Part shown: positions 1-13,000 of the stretch, one piece after another | How the letters are laid out: the number at the start of each line of letters is the position of its first letter | Numbering within the stretch: position 1 is the stretch's first letter | Source of the DNA: Orbicella franksi | Lineage: Eukaryota | Assembly: GCA_964199315.1 (NCBI GenBank) | Contig: OZ116698.1 | Location: 23,746,001 to 23,810,000 of the forward strand | DNA: 64,000 nucleotides | Reading direction: 5' to 3' | Notes under the pieces: model-generated | Told to the model about the DNA's origin: nothing | Database searches by the model: none | Seen by the model: the letters and a program-made list of their open reading frames with translations, nothing else | Translations under genes and position numbers: made by a program

Positions 1-437
1 AGTAACGTTAATGGTGCTTTTTAAGCTAATAACTGGATTTCTATATTATTTACTTTCTCAAATCGCCCGGCTTCGTTTTGCTTGGTTATTGACCTGGTAA
101 ACTACAAAATTACTTTACTTCCATGACCAATTGTAAGAAAGGGAAACTTCACTGTAGCGTGGGACATTTTGTCAACGATAATTTTTACAATCACGCACTT
201 TATCCAAGAAGGATTAAATTGACTGGTGCAACATTACTTACAATAGTATAGCACAGCTATCATTTTATTTTAGACCTCCTGATTATTCCTCTCTTTCCAA
301 AAGCACGATCCGTTTTTTTTGTTTTGGACTTTCTCTGTTAGAGAGTGCAATGTTGCATGTAATGTTGCAGCGTTTGTTTGATCTGGAAGTTGTGTTTATC
401 CTACTACTGTAGCAAAATTAATTTCTTTTGTCCGCAG

Positions 438-517
438 GCCAACTCACCTACTGGAGTACGTCTTGGTTTAGTTCGCTTCTTGTTTATGAAAAGAAACTAA
501 GAGATACAAGGCAATGA
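438..517 (+). CDS. Possible terminal exon of an upstream gene convergent with gene A (..QLTYWSTSWFSSLLVYEKKLRDTRQ*)
   Basis: Good acceptor tttcttttgtccgcag at 422-437, open frame to TGA at 515-517. Rest of the gene would lie outside the window. Confidence 0.3.
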
Positions 518-689
518 AAAAATTCTCCGTCAACTTTCAGAAACATTACAAACTCTAACTAAATTACAAGATTTCAGATTTCCTACCACGATTTTAGCAA
601 AGTGTAAAAATGTATGATACCGTTCTTTCAAGTTAACACGCTGTCTCCAAAATACTTGTTATAGCTCCAGTCAACTTAAAATTACTCAG

Positions 690-1073
690 TTACACATTAT
701 AGCAGTAGAAGTCTCCTTCCGCCATGTACTTGTCGCTGTCTGCTGAAATCAACCTTGTTGGAGGGGATGTACTTTGCGTTACCAGTCCTGCTGGATTGCG
801 TGATTCAACTGTCACGTACACGATGTCGCCTTCAAAAAGCCCACTTGTGGTGTTTAGAGGCAGCGTAACGTTTGTCGTGACATCGATGTCGTGGAATGGC
901 AGAATGTCCGTAGTGTTTGGATGCTTGCCTACTGCAATGCGAAATCCACTTATTCCTGATTGTTCATCGTTGAAACCAAACCAGTGAGCCCGCAGTGTTT
1001 TGTTGAATAAGTGGCAGCTGGAGTGTATTCCAAACACGTCATGCGTGCGGTCTGCACTTACTATCACTGACCC
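690..1073 (-). CDS. Gene A last exon (FN3-like repeat, ends DFYCYNV*)
   Basis: Acceptor ttgctttcatcacag, phase 0; ORF 690..1088. Minus-strand AATAAA at 264-269. A GTAACT donor at the stop codon cannot be excluded. Confidence 0.75.
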   Translation of the reverse strand, partial: GSVIVSADRTHDVFGIHSSCHLFNKTLRAHWFGFNDEQSGISGFRIAVGKHPNTTDILPFHDIDVTTNVTLPLNTTSGLFEGDIVYVTVESRNPAGLVTQSTSPPTRLISADSDKYMAEGDFYCYNV

Positions 1074-4000
1074 CTGTGATGAAAGCAATGAAACATTTGC
1101 TCAGTGCACGCGATTGAAAATAGTTTCAGTTTAAAATATCATTGGAATTTGTTGGTTAAGAATTCGAAAGGCATGTGCCAGATTGGTCCTTGGAATTGTT
1201 GAGGTATTTTCTGCCTTCGTGTCGTCCTTTGGTTTGCTGCATGTTTGTTTGAGGTTTTCTAAACTTAAACCAAAGTAATCAAACCTGACCAGTCATGCAT
1301 ACTAAATTAAATTAAATTAAGGCAATAAACCGGGGAGAACTAAGGGTAGAAAATTCGTGTGTTAAGCACCACAAAATATGCCAAAGGCTAATTGCCGTAA
1401 TTAGTTTTAGTTTTGTTTTTGTTCAGTTGTATAAACAGCATGTTCTGATTGGGCAGAGCATGTTGCGCGAGTTCGTTGATCCGATTGTAGAGCGCCACAA
1501 ACGTCGTCACGCAACGCTTTTCCCGAGAGAAGCGTTGCGTGACTACCCTAATAACGGCAGCGAAGGAGACTACTTTAGACATGAACTGAAACTGTCTGAT
1601 ACCAAGTAGATGTTTAGTTACCTTCGTGGGTGGAGTGTCATCAACTAACACTGGTATGGTAGACACTTTTTCTGTGACAAGTCCAACATTGTTCTCGCAC
1701 CTCACAGCAGTGTAGTACCTTTCACCCGCCACCAACTGCAGATCTGTGGCTTCTACGGTTTTGCGCAGTCCATTATTTACAAAGTCGGTTACCAGATGGC
1801 TTCTGTTTCGTATAGCATAACTGCATGATTTTACACCACTCTCTCTGTCTTCGAAAAGGGTGACGTTGGAGACCAAAGTACAGTTGTTAACGCACGACGT
1901 GACGTCGCTAACTGGGATCACTTTGGCAACAATTGGAGGGGTTAAGTCCACTTTAATTTCGTCTGTTGTTTTCACCGTATAGACGCCCGCGCCGTTCTGT
2001 ACTCGGACTGTGATGTAGTATGTTCCTTGGTGGTTTAATTGGCAATCGTTGCAGGTGACTTTTGTTGCATTGGAGAATAATTCAGTCATGGATTTAACCT
2101 GACAGCCGACAGAAACTGTTCCTACGCAGTATTCAGTTTTGGAGATGCCACTCTCGGGATCACGGGATTTCCATGATGCCTGTAGTTTTTCACCGGGTCC
2201 AAGCCACAGTCTAAAACCACGCAAAAGCTGAAAAAGATGAAAACGTGGTAAACCTTTCTTGATTGAACTTCACAGAGTGAAAAGGCGAGCGTTCAAATCT
2301 TTAAACTCTAAAAAGTGAACTTAACAGAGAGAAGAGCCGGTAAAGCAGCATCAATCTTAGTGTACTAACTAAAATTAATAAACTAAGGCACGATTTTATG
2401 GAACACGGAAATAAGATTCTCTGGAGGTTACATTTGCCCCGTCATTTTTCCAAAGCTCTTGCGCCTTTTCTGTGTGGCGTGAATTACCTAAGGTGGAAAG
2501 CTATAAAGGAAGAGGCTGTCTGTCTACTGTCCAATGGTAGACAGAGCGGGAGGGGGAGGAGAGAAGAGCGGGGCAAATAAGGTGCGTCTTGGAAAATCCT
2601 CACATTGTAGTAGGGAATTATCAGTTTTACCACCCTAATATTTCATACCTCAGTCAACTCAGGTGGCGAAATGTCAACAGTGAAACCATCAGACCACCCA
2701 TGTGACGACATTCCCGCACCATTTGTAGCCTCCACCGTGACGTAATACCTCTCCCCGTGAGTAAGTGTGAGGTTTTCAGCCATTGCGGAAGTCATCGTGC
2801 CAACGTCCGTGAAGTTTAAGACGTCAGCATTATCTGGAGTGGTTCCTAGGCCCCAGCGGTATTTCACTACTCCACTCTCGTGGTCCCTGAATGGTTCCCA
2901 TATTGCTTGTGCTGCCGTGGTTGAGGACTGGAACTGAATGTCAGAAAGGAGAGACGACCCATCGCGAACAAGACCAGAACTTGGCGGCGTCACGTCAACA
3001 GTAACACCATCAGAGGAAGACGTGCTACTGAAGCCATCGGCATTGGTGCAAGTAATTTCACTGATGTAACGAGCGCCTGGAACAAGGCTAAGATTTGTTT
3101 CAATGAGGTTCCCTTGGCTTTTCACGGCTTTTCGCAACACAACAGTGTCATTTCCGAACTCGGAACTGTTATGTGACGCCGACTGTTCAATGAGTGCCCA
3201 CGAGCAGCTCGCAACTCCCGACTCTTCATCTTCAAAACCTTGCCACTGTGTCGACAGCAGATCCATAGAATCTGTAAAATCAATATCGAGGCCAATTCCA
3301 TCTATTACAGTACCCCGGGACGGGGGCGTAATGTCGAATGTCAGTTTCTCGGACGACATGACTGATGTAAGACCAGCCCTGTTTACGACAACCACAGTGA
3401 CGTAATATGCAGCTCGGGAATGAGGCTTAAATGGACCAATGACCCCGGATGTGGATGATCCTGCTGGTATGGCACCGCCCACACACGTAAGAGGGGTTGT
3501 TCCTAAACAGTATTCGCTACTTTCTATACCACTTTCAAAATCTCTAACGTTGCTCCAAGAAGCGCGAATTTCGATGCTGCGTTCTTCCTGGTTCATAACC
3601 ACGTGTTGCGTGACGACCTCTGTTTTTATCGGAGGACTAGGATCTACAGTAAATCCATTTGAAATGCTCATAGTTTGAAGTCCACTAGCTGACGTTGCCT
3701 TTATAGTGTTGTAATACTTTTGACCAGCATTCAAGACGTCGAGACTCGGTGCGTTCGGTGCCAAGACCTTTTCAACACTTGTCTTCAGTCCTACACTAGC
3801 GAAAGGTAAAATGTCACCTTTTCCAGCAGCTGTGCCTATAGCCCACTCGTAGTCAATAACTGGATCTCCAATATCGTCTGTGAAGGGATCCCAATTGGCG
3901 CCAACTCTTTTAGTACTGGTCAGGTAGACAAGGTCAACATTTTCTGTTGAGCCATCTCGGACAGGAGCCGGAATGGGCCAGATGGATTCAACTCGAAAGC

Positions 4001-7000
4001 CATTGGATCGAGCAGTTCGGTGCAATTGTGCCTTATTCCAACACGTCAGTATGTTGTAGTAAGTTGTGTTGCTGGAAAATGGAAAGTCTCTGTATCTCTG
4101 AGAGTTGGAAAAGACGTTCCTTTGCCCGTAACTGGAGTTATTGCTAACGTCAACTTGAAGACTTTTGCGTCCATCTTCGTCCTCTATTGTCCAAATACAT
4201 GATCGCAAGCCACTTTCAGCATCTTCCACGCCAAACCAAGACATGGATACGTTCCAGTCCTCGAGTACAACGTTATAATCGACTCCTGCTATATCGTTTC
4301 CATCAATGACATCACCCATAAGCGGAGGACTGACATCCAAAAGCATTCCATCAGAACTGCGAGTCACAGAAATACCTGCTCCGTTTATCACACGCACTGT
4401 CACGTACACTCGCTCGCCGGGGTTCACATCACATGTTGTACAGGTGAATGATGTGTTGAGTCCAACGCTTGTCATCGCTCGTAACTGACAACCTCCAGGT
4501 TTGGTTCCAAGACAGTAGTAACTGTTCATGAGGCCGCTCTCAGGATCTGTTATCTCTTCCCAGTGCGCTGCGAGGCCCATTCTAGGGGAAAAGTAATCGA
4601 TATCCTTCCCACTTCGCCCATCATGGACGCAGCCGTTTACAGCCTTTGGAGGCGTGGTGTCTATTACAAGTCCGAGCGAAGATATGTTTGTACTTAAACC
4701 CGCCAAGTTCGTTGCAATGACAGTGATGTAATATAGACTTCCTTCTGAAAGACTGAGATCGTTCTTAGTTACCTGAGTTGCGAGACGTACGTTTTCAAAC
4801 CTAACAACGTCATCTTGATAAATTTGAGTTCCAATGGCAAACTGATAATTCTGGACATCGCTCTCGTGTTCCGCAAACGGTGGCCATGTGGCTGTAATGG
4901 AGTTCGTGTCTGACTGATACTGGAAGGCGAGATCTCGCGATACGCCTGCCATAATAGCACCAGTCTGAATGGGTGGTGTGTTATCGATGGTAAAAACTGC
5001 AGACGACGACGCAGCAAGACCTGCATTGTTTATGCACAATACGCTGGCATTGTAACTCTCTCCATGAAGAAGAGCAGTACTGGGAGACAAAGAGACATTT
5101 CCTGACGATGTATTTCGAGTTTCCAGAAAAAGAGCATGTCCCGATTTGTCTAGAACTGAGATGTTGCAGCTGCGTATGCCACTTTCAAGATCTCTAAATC
5201 CGCTCCACGAAAGAGTGATACTGTTGTTGCTGATAAACGTTATCCTTCTAATTACACTTGAGGTTTGTCCAACATAAACGTTTCCCGGCTGCGTTGGAGT
5301 GCTGTCAAAGACCAGCGCATCAGAGCACGCGCGTGATACGAGACCAGCTCGGTTCCTGGATGTGACGGTGACGTAATATTTCACTCCTGATGTGAAGACT
5401 TGGTCTGTCATTGTAGTGTTGGCGTAATTTGATCGGCCGATGTTGATGAGTGGTTGAACTTGTGTACCACACTTGCTTGTACCTATGGCCCACTTGTAGT
5501 ACCAAACTTCACTCTCAGGTTCGGAGAATCGTTTCCAGTAAACTGCAATACTTGATGCAGTAGCAGAGTAGAAAGCATTCTCTTGCTCGCTGTATTGCCA
5601 TTCACGTTGGGACCCAAATCCAGGATAGATTGTGCTTGGTATTGGCGGACTTGCATCTACTATGACACCATCTGAAACGAGCTCCCTGATTGCTCCAGCC
5701 TGATTTGTCACCATCAGATGCACGTAATATTTTGTTCCACTCACTAACTTAAGAACGTCTTGACTTCTCACATGTGTTGAAAGACCTGCATCGACGTAGT
5801 TCTGTACACTAATTTTGTCTTGCAAACTCGTGCCAATGCTCCACTCAAATTGCTCAATGCCACTCTCCAAATCCCAGATTCCTTCCCAGTTGGCGGCCAT
5901 GCTTGTGAGGGAGGACTGGTACTTAAGATCTGGCTCGATAATCCCATCATGCACCACACCATGACTTGGAGGACTAAAATCGATCAGGACTCCATCGGAG
6001 CTCAGGCAGTTCCGTAATCCGGCTTTGTTTATACCACAGACGGTAAAGTAATAGACATCGTCAGTAAGCGACAGACCATGCACAGTGGCTGAGGTGTTCA
6101 GTCCAGCGTTCTGAAACGGAGAGACATCTACAAAACCTCCTCTATTTCTGCCTACTCCGTATTCATAATATTGAATGTCAGATTCGGGGTCCTCGAAACC
6201 ATCCCATTCCGCGGACAATGCTGTGATATTGGCTTGATAATCGATGTCTGAACCTGTTGTTCCGTCACGCACTTGAGCCTTTCGTACATTTGGAGGTGTC
6301 ACGTCCACGACGAAGCCATCGGAAGACACTTCAGAACTTGTCAGCCCAGCCTTGTTTTCAGCTTTGATCTTAATGCAGTAACGCTGGCCGTTAACCAGTG
6401 TAATGTTTGTTAACATAAACGAAGTTGCTTTTGGAGGATCAAGTCGAACGAATCCATTTGCGGTTACATGATAGTTTCCGTTTATACAGCTTCCTACAGC
6501 ATAATAGTACTGCTTAACTTCAGTGTGTGGCTCTGGGAACTTTGTCCAAGAGCCATAAACTTCTTTCACGTCTGCCTGATAGTCGATATCTATTTGGGAC
6601 GTTGGCCCGTCAAATACATCTCCTGGTGACGGTGGAGTGGCATCAGGTATAACAAGGACTGAATACGCGTCTTTCGACAATTTAGCACCATTGTAGGCTC
6701 TTATAATGACATAGTAACCTTTACCTTGAGTTAGCGCGAGATTACTGAATGTCGCGGATGTTGGCGTATTAGATCCTGGTACAGCACTAAAGTCAGAGGC
6801 TGATGGAGACGTGTCCGAAGGGATGATAGCCCAGTCATATCGTAGAAGTCCGCTGTGTGCATCAGAGAAACCAACCCACTGCACTGTTACTGACGATACA
6901 CTTGATATGTAGACACATGATGTTCCGTTTATGAAGTCATCCTCTCCAGTTATCCTAACTTTACCAGTGAAGACTGGATGGGTTGTATCCACGGTAATGC

Positions 7001-10000
7001 CGTCAGAAGTGACGTCAGTGTTCAGACCCACAGCGTCAACCGCTTTTACTGTGACGAAATACTTTGCGTTATTTGTCAAAGCCAATCCGTTGTGTGTGAT
7101 GTTCGTTGCATTCCCTGCTGATGTCCAAGGAACAATTATGTTTCCACTGCTGTCTGATATCTTGTACTTGTATTCTGCGATTCCACTTCCTTTGTTCCCG
7201 TCTGTGAATCCATTCCAGTTCGCTGCTATCATGGTGTCTTCTGATTGGTAGTCTACATCACTGAAGTGTCCATCGTTAACAGTGCCAGCTTGTGGAGCAT
7301 CATGGTCTATTAGCACACAGTCTGAACTTACTTGAGTGTAGAGTCCAGCTTCGTTATAACTTCTGACGACTGCGCAGTAGCTTTCTTTAGAAACTAGGTT
7401 TAGGTTTGTTGCTGTAGGAGAGCGGTTTAGTGCTGTGTTCTTAAATGAAGTAATGAGTCCGGTACCTTGCCGCTGCACCGCCCAAGTGTATCGTGAAATG
7501 GGTGAATGTGGATCAGTGAAACGGTCCCAGTTTGCACTGAATGTATTGGTCCATTTGGCATATTTTACGTCTGCGCTAAGTTGATTCCCATCGTATATCT
7601 TCCCAGCTATTGGTGGTGAGGTGTCAATGACAACACCATCACTTGTGAGGTCAGAAAACAATCCTGCTTTCGTGAAGGAACGAACGACAAATCTTGCTTT
7701 AGAGCCATCTGTGACGCTGTTGAAGGTCTTCCCTGCGTTAGTGTTTAGATTTACGTTGGTAAAAGACATTAGCTCGGTGGTTTGATTGGTGTTAAACGAA
7801 GTAAGGAGCACTTTCCATTGATACTTGGCAACACCATGTCTTGTCTGTACTCCTCCCCAGTTCACCTGTAATAATTTGGAGGCTTGGTAACTCTGGTCAG
7901 CTCCAGGCCCATCGCGAACCCACCCACCATGTGGTTTTGATGTGTCGATGATTACTACGCCGCTGCAGACAAGTCGAGGAGTGTTGTTTCGCATATCAGA
8001 AGCTTGTATGGAAACTTTGTATCCTTTATTGTCCTGAAGAGTAATCCCGGTCAGTTTTTGCTGTACGTTGTTGTTAGGAAACGTACCCTTTACGCCAGAG
8101 GTAGTGGAACAAGTGGATGTTGATGGCAGAAGAAACCAATTAAGCGTTAGCTGGCCACACGAGACGGAAAACCCAGAGATTTTAACGTAAAGTTTGTCTG
8201 TAAAGTACTGATAGCTCACGACTGAATTAAACGTCTGATCCACTAATTGAGCAGTCCCGGTTGTAACTGTAATCTTGTCTTCCACTGAACCGGGACATGT
8301 TCCAAGGCTTCCGTCACACCTGTAAATAACGAGTCCATTACAGAATATGTTATGCTAGAATATGTTTAACCAGCGTTATTTTTTTCCAGTGGTGTTCATA
8401 GAATTTGGGAGCGTGACAGAATGGTTACATTGAATCTGGGAAGTTTTAATATTTGTAGCACTCGCAACTGAAAATCCCACACTTCCTCTTTTTTTAAGTC
8501 TATAAAATGCTGTTATTCCTACATTAATACTATGTGATGGAGACTAAATAACAAGGCGAAACGCCTTTTTTTTAAGATAAATAGTTCGTGCAAAGCTCTT
8601 AGGAACGGTTTTTGTTTTAACGTTTTGTGATTGACGAAAAAAGTCGAGATTAAATTATCATTATCCACCTTTCGGGTTGATCACAGACGTCCACAGCCGA
8701 GCGACAAATTGTTCCACTTGACCTCATGATTGGTCGACAAGTTCCATCACCAACACACTCAGAAGTCCTGATACAACTGGATGAAGGATAAGATGATTGA
8801 CAAGAGTAGCCTTGTCCTACACAACTGTCAAAACATTAAAAGAAGATTTTTGATTAGGCTTGTACAGTGCTCAGCTATTAGAACCAATAAAAGTTACACG
8901 TATACATATCTTGGTACAGGTGATCGAAGCGGCAAGATAGAATTGCATAACGTGTTTCACTATGTTCTTCCAAAACAGCTTTCATAATGTTTCAGACAAC
9001 TTTACCAACATTCCAAAGACAATGTTTATCTTATTTCATAACCTGCTAACCTACTAATACTCGTCTGGTTTTGACGATAAATAGCACTCTTTTGAACTTG
9101 GTCATCTAGGGTGCTTACCATTTACAAAAACCATCCGGTTGGAAATTTCAGGCATAAACATTAAACAATTGAATACCACGTTGCGGGAGAGGGAATCGGT
9201 ATAAAGTATATCCACATCAGCTAGAGAGACTTAAAACAGCAGAAAAATAGCATCACCTCAAATCACAGCCCATATTTTCTGAAGTTTCCCAAACGGAATG
9301 GCGCGAACCATTTGATTTTCCAACTGGAATTTCCGGTTTTCCCATGTAAATGGTAAGTGCCCCTAGTGTGGTTAGCTCTTGAATGTGAGACGCTTCGTGA
9401 GAGCAATAATGCAATATCGGTGACTAAGAAAATACTGTTTTGTGTGAACAACACAGAGTTTTCGAGTAAAGAAATAGAAACTTATTTTCCGAGAAATAGA
9501 AACTTAAACAAAACAAAACAAGGTCGCTCTGTAAGTTTTAAACAGATTAACTTGTATGTTCGTTGATGGACATTATCCGCCCTCTGAGACTCAAGAAATA
9601 ATATTCGCAGAAAAGAACAAATATTCGTAGTTCTTTCGCAAATGAGCTTCGAAATATTCAGGTAAATGTCCCTCGACTTACATAGAGAAACTGTTTGTTT
9701 CTTTTGTAATGATGCGGTATTTACCTGCCAGCGTTACATGTATCCTGTTTGGTGCAATTGTTTTGATCGTCACACGCCACTGCAGGACGATTAGTCCATG
9801 CGCTGTTACCACGAGCTGCTGCATCATAAAAATCACACCACTGACACAGGTTTGATGGGTTTAAGTCCTGATGACCATAGTCTTGACCTAAACAGCGAGA
9901 ATAAATTAATTGAGTTAGCACCTGATTTTTCGTACTGCGGACTTAGTCACGTTTAGGAGACGTTAGTGATGAAATCGAAGAACGAAGGTGCGTGTAAGAC

Positions 10001-13000
10001 TCCAAGTTTTAATTCCTGACCTTTCGCTTCAGAATTTCACAACGAAATATCATAAGCCTTAATTCTTGATTCTACGCACCGTGTCCCGAATTTCGCGAAC
10101 TTCGCGAACTAACTAACATACCAACTAACAGAAAAACAGTAAAGTCAAAAATACTTGTTCAAAGAATGTCACGCGCACGCGAAACTTGTTACATTAGTCG
10201 AATTTTAGTTGAGTTAGTGAAATTTACATTTAACAGTTGGATGAACTTGAATACAAAAAGAGAGTTTAATATTGAGCACTCGCGGGCCTGTTCAAATTGG
10301 GAAACACTGAAAATTGTGCCACTACATCACAACTTCTGATTTTGCACCCACCTGCTATCTTACATGTGCATTTGTTGTTCACAAATCCAAATCCTGTTTT
10401 TAAGCTACAGCTGTTGCCATTACAGAACTGGCAAACGGAGTTACAAGTGAAGGGTGTAGCTACACACTGGCCACTCGAACACGTGTCTCCACGGGTGCAT
10501 TTGTTGCCATCATCGCACGCTACGCCATTACGATTTGACCACGTGCTGGTGCTGCTGCTTGGATTACACCACTGGAAGAAAAGAAATACCACAGAAATGT
10601 TTTTAAGTGTGGAGGGGATAAAATTATTATTGGATTTTAATAGACCAGAGATGCAATACATCATGATAGCCATTCTTTACTTCTGTGAACTCTTTTTTTT
10701 TTTCAAGTAGCTCCAACTGCTCTGTACTTGCGCTGGTGAGCTTCTCACCAACTGAATACCGTAATCTTCTGCTTATAAGCCCTGGGTTTATACAACTTCG
10801 TGAGGGAGCGGCTTTTATCCGAGGGGGCTTATAACCGGAATAAAAAAAAACTCTTTCGAAAAGAGCTGTAGCTGCACATGTTCATCGAAATAGGTATTTC
10901 ATTTACTGGTAATATAAGCTTTAAAACATCATGATAAAACGAAATTAAAACAAGGAAAGCTAGAGGAGAGCTTATATCAAGAGGGGGGACTTATAACCGG
11001 AGGTGTTTTTTGGTCAAAGGTAGATGGGCCTATTTACCGGGGGGAGCTTATAAGCGGCAGTTTACGGTATTTCGCTGTCGTTTTCGACAATCTCAGAAAT
11101 ATGTCTACGGTGCCGTTTCTGCCAGATTAAAAACTGCTAGGAAATAGTAAAATATTCATAACATTCCGTACAGTAGTCGCGATATATTATGAGCGGATAA
11201 TCAGAAACTCTTCGTTAAAAACGGAGCACTCTTGATTATACTCTTACCTGACAAGGATTCCCTGGCTTGTAATGATTCTTAGCATAACATGTTCTTTGGC
11301 CGCCATGCTGTATAATGCAGTATCCGGATTTGATTGGACAGCCACTACCGTCGTGTGTTTCGCAGGAAAGGCAGTTGTAGGGCGTTCCCACGCACGTACC
11401 GCTGGAGCACCGATCATTTTTGGTCTTCAAGTTGTTGTCACTGCACTGGAGATTGTTGTTGTAGCTCCACTGATTGTTGCGGTTGCTGTCACATTGCTAA
11501 ACAAATAAACCATCGTGACTAATATTACATTAAACTCCATTTCAGATCACCCGGTTGGTTTGTGTTTTAGGAGGATTGTAAGACTATTAATCGTGTCGTG
11601 CTGGGTTCAGATCAGAGTCCCCTTAAATTTTCAAAATTGGAGATGGCTCTGAACCGTCTTGACTGACTTCTTTTGAAACTCTGCAAAAAATTGTTTTCAT
11701 GGTTATCACAATTCGATATAAAAATGTGTTTCACAGAGCCGTGTTTGAGTTATAAGCAATTAAAGCCCAAATCAAGGGTGTTTTTGATTGGTTGTATCGT
11801 TGCTGCGGAAGCATATACCATGAAGATAACCACATTTCTTTAACAATGATTGCACATTTGTTTGACACCAATATTGTAAAATCATTTGATAGTAGTATAA
11901 TTGCTAGAAAGTGCTAAGGACTGTTGCCTTCGTAAGTTCCTGGATAAAATCCTAGTAGTTCCTGACCATTCAAAGCTACTGAGAAATACGTTCATTTAAT
12001 ACTGCTTATTGTGAAGCTGACTTTTACTTGTGTTTCTCATTAAACACCAAAACTACTAAACAGGTTGTCTACCTCTGTGACTGATTTTGTTATAAAACCA
12101 AGCGTGGAAAGCTAAATCCTCCCAATAGTCCTTCCTACATCGTCTAAACAAAACTTACTTCCTCCGATAATCAGGTTCTTCAATCTCATTACCTTCCTTC
12201 TCAAAGTCGATATATCAACATATTGAGAAATTATAAGCTGATCAGTACTGCGTATGCAATAGTTGTTCACTATTTTACCTGGCAAGGATATCCGGGGCGG
12301 ATGGCTCCATGGTTAAAACATTTTCGTGTCCCGCCATCGTTGATCACACAGTATCCTGGTTTCACGCGGCACGCGTCATTGTAACACTCTTCACATGGAA
12401 GGCATGTGAATGGCGTTCCAGAGCAGACACCATTTGAACACCGGTCATTTTTAGTGCACGCCTTATTATCACTGCACGACAAAGTGTTGTTGTTTCTCCA
12501 GGCTAGCTTGCTGGCGCTGTTACAATCCTGTTGAATAGCAATATATATTTATGCAGGTAAAGTTATTTCTTGAGAACAGCATATCACTCATTCTCTGATA
12601 TTGTCCTCTGCTATGCCCCAACCTCCCCTCCCCCCCTCCCCCCCCCCCAAACCGTTTTTTATTCTTTTACGCAATGCTACGAAATGTTTTCTTATTTATC
12701 TTGGCTCCTAAGGAATTCCGCTTTTCTCCTCTCTTGTTTACCGCCTCTTACACGGTTCCCTCCCTTTTAATTCTCGGGCTCCTTTACTCTTGGCCTCTTT
12801 CAAGCGTTCAACTAGTTGGAACGAAGCGCGAAAAACGGCGCGCGAAAAAAATAAAAAAAGCGCTGCGAGAGGAATCTCGCCGCGCTATTTTCATTTTTTC
12901 GCGCGCTGTTTTTCGCGCTGCGCCCCAACTAACTGAACGCCTGAAAGAGGCTACTTTACTCTAACCTATTTCGCAGGATTAGTCTTAACATATTTGCTCT

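Noticed and set aside
3103-7251. Short plus-strand ORFs opposite gene A, and minus-strand ORFs opposite gene B (38513-60596)
   Set aside because: Antisense shadow frames of long coding exons, with no recognisable motifs.
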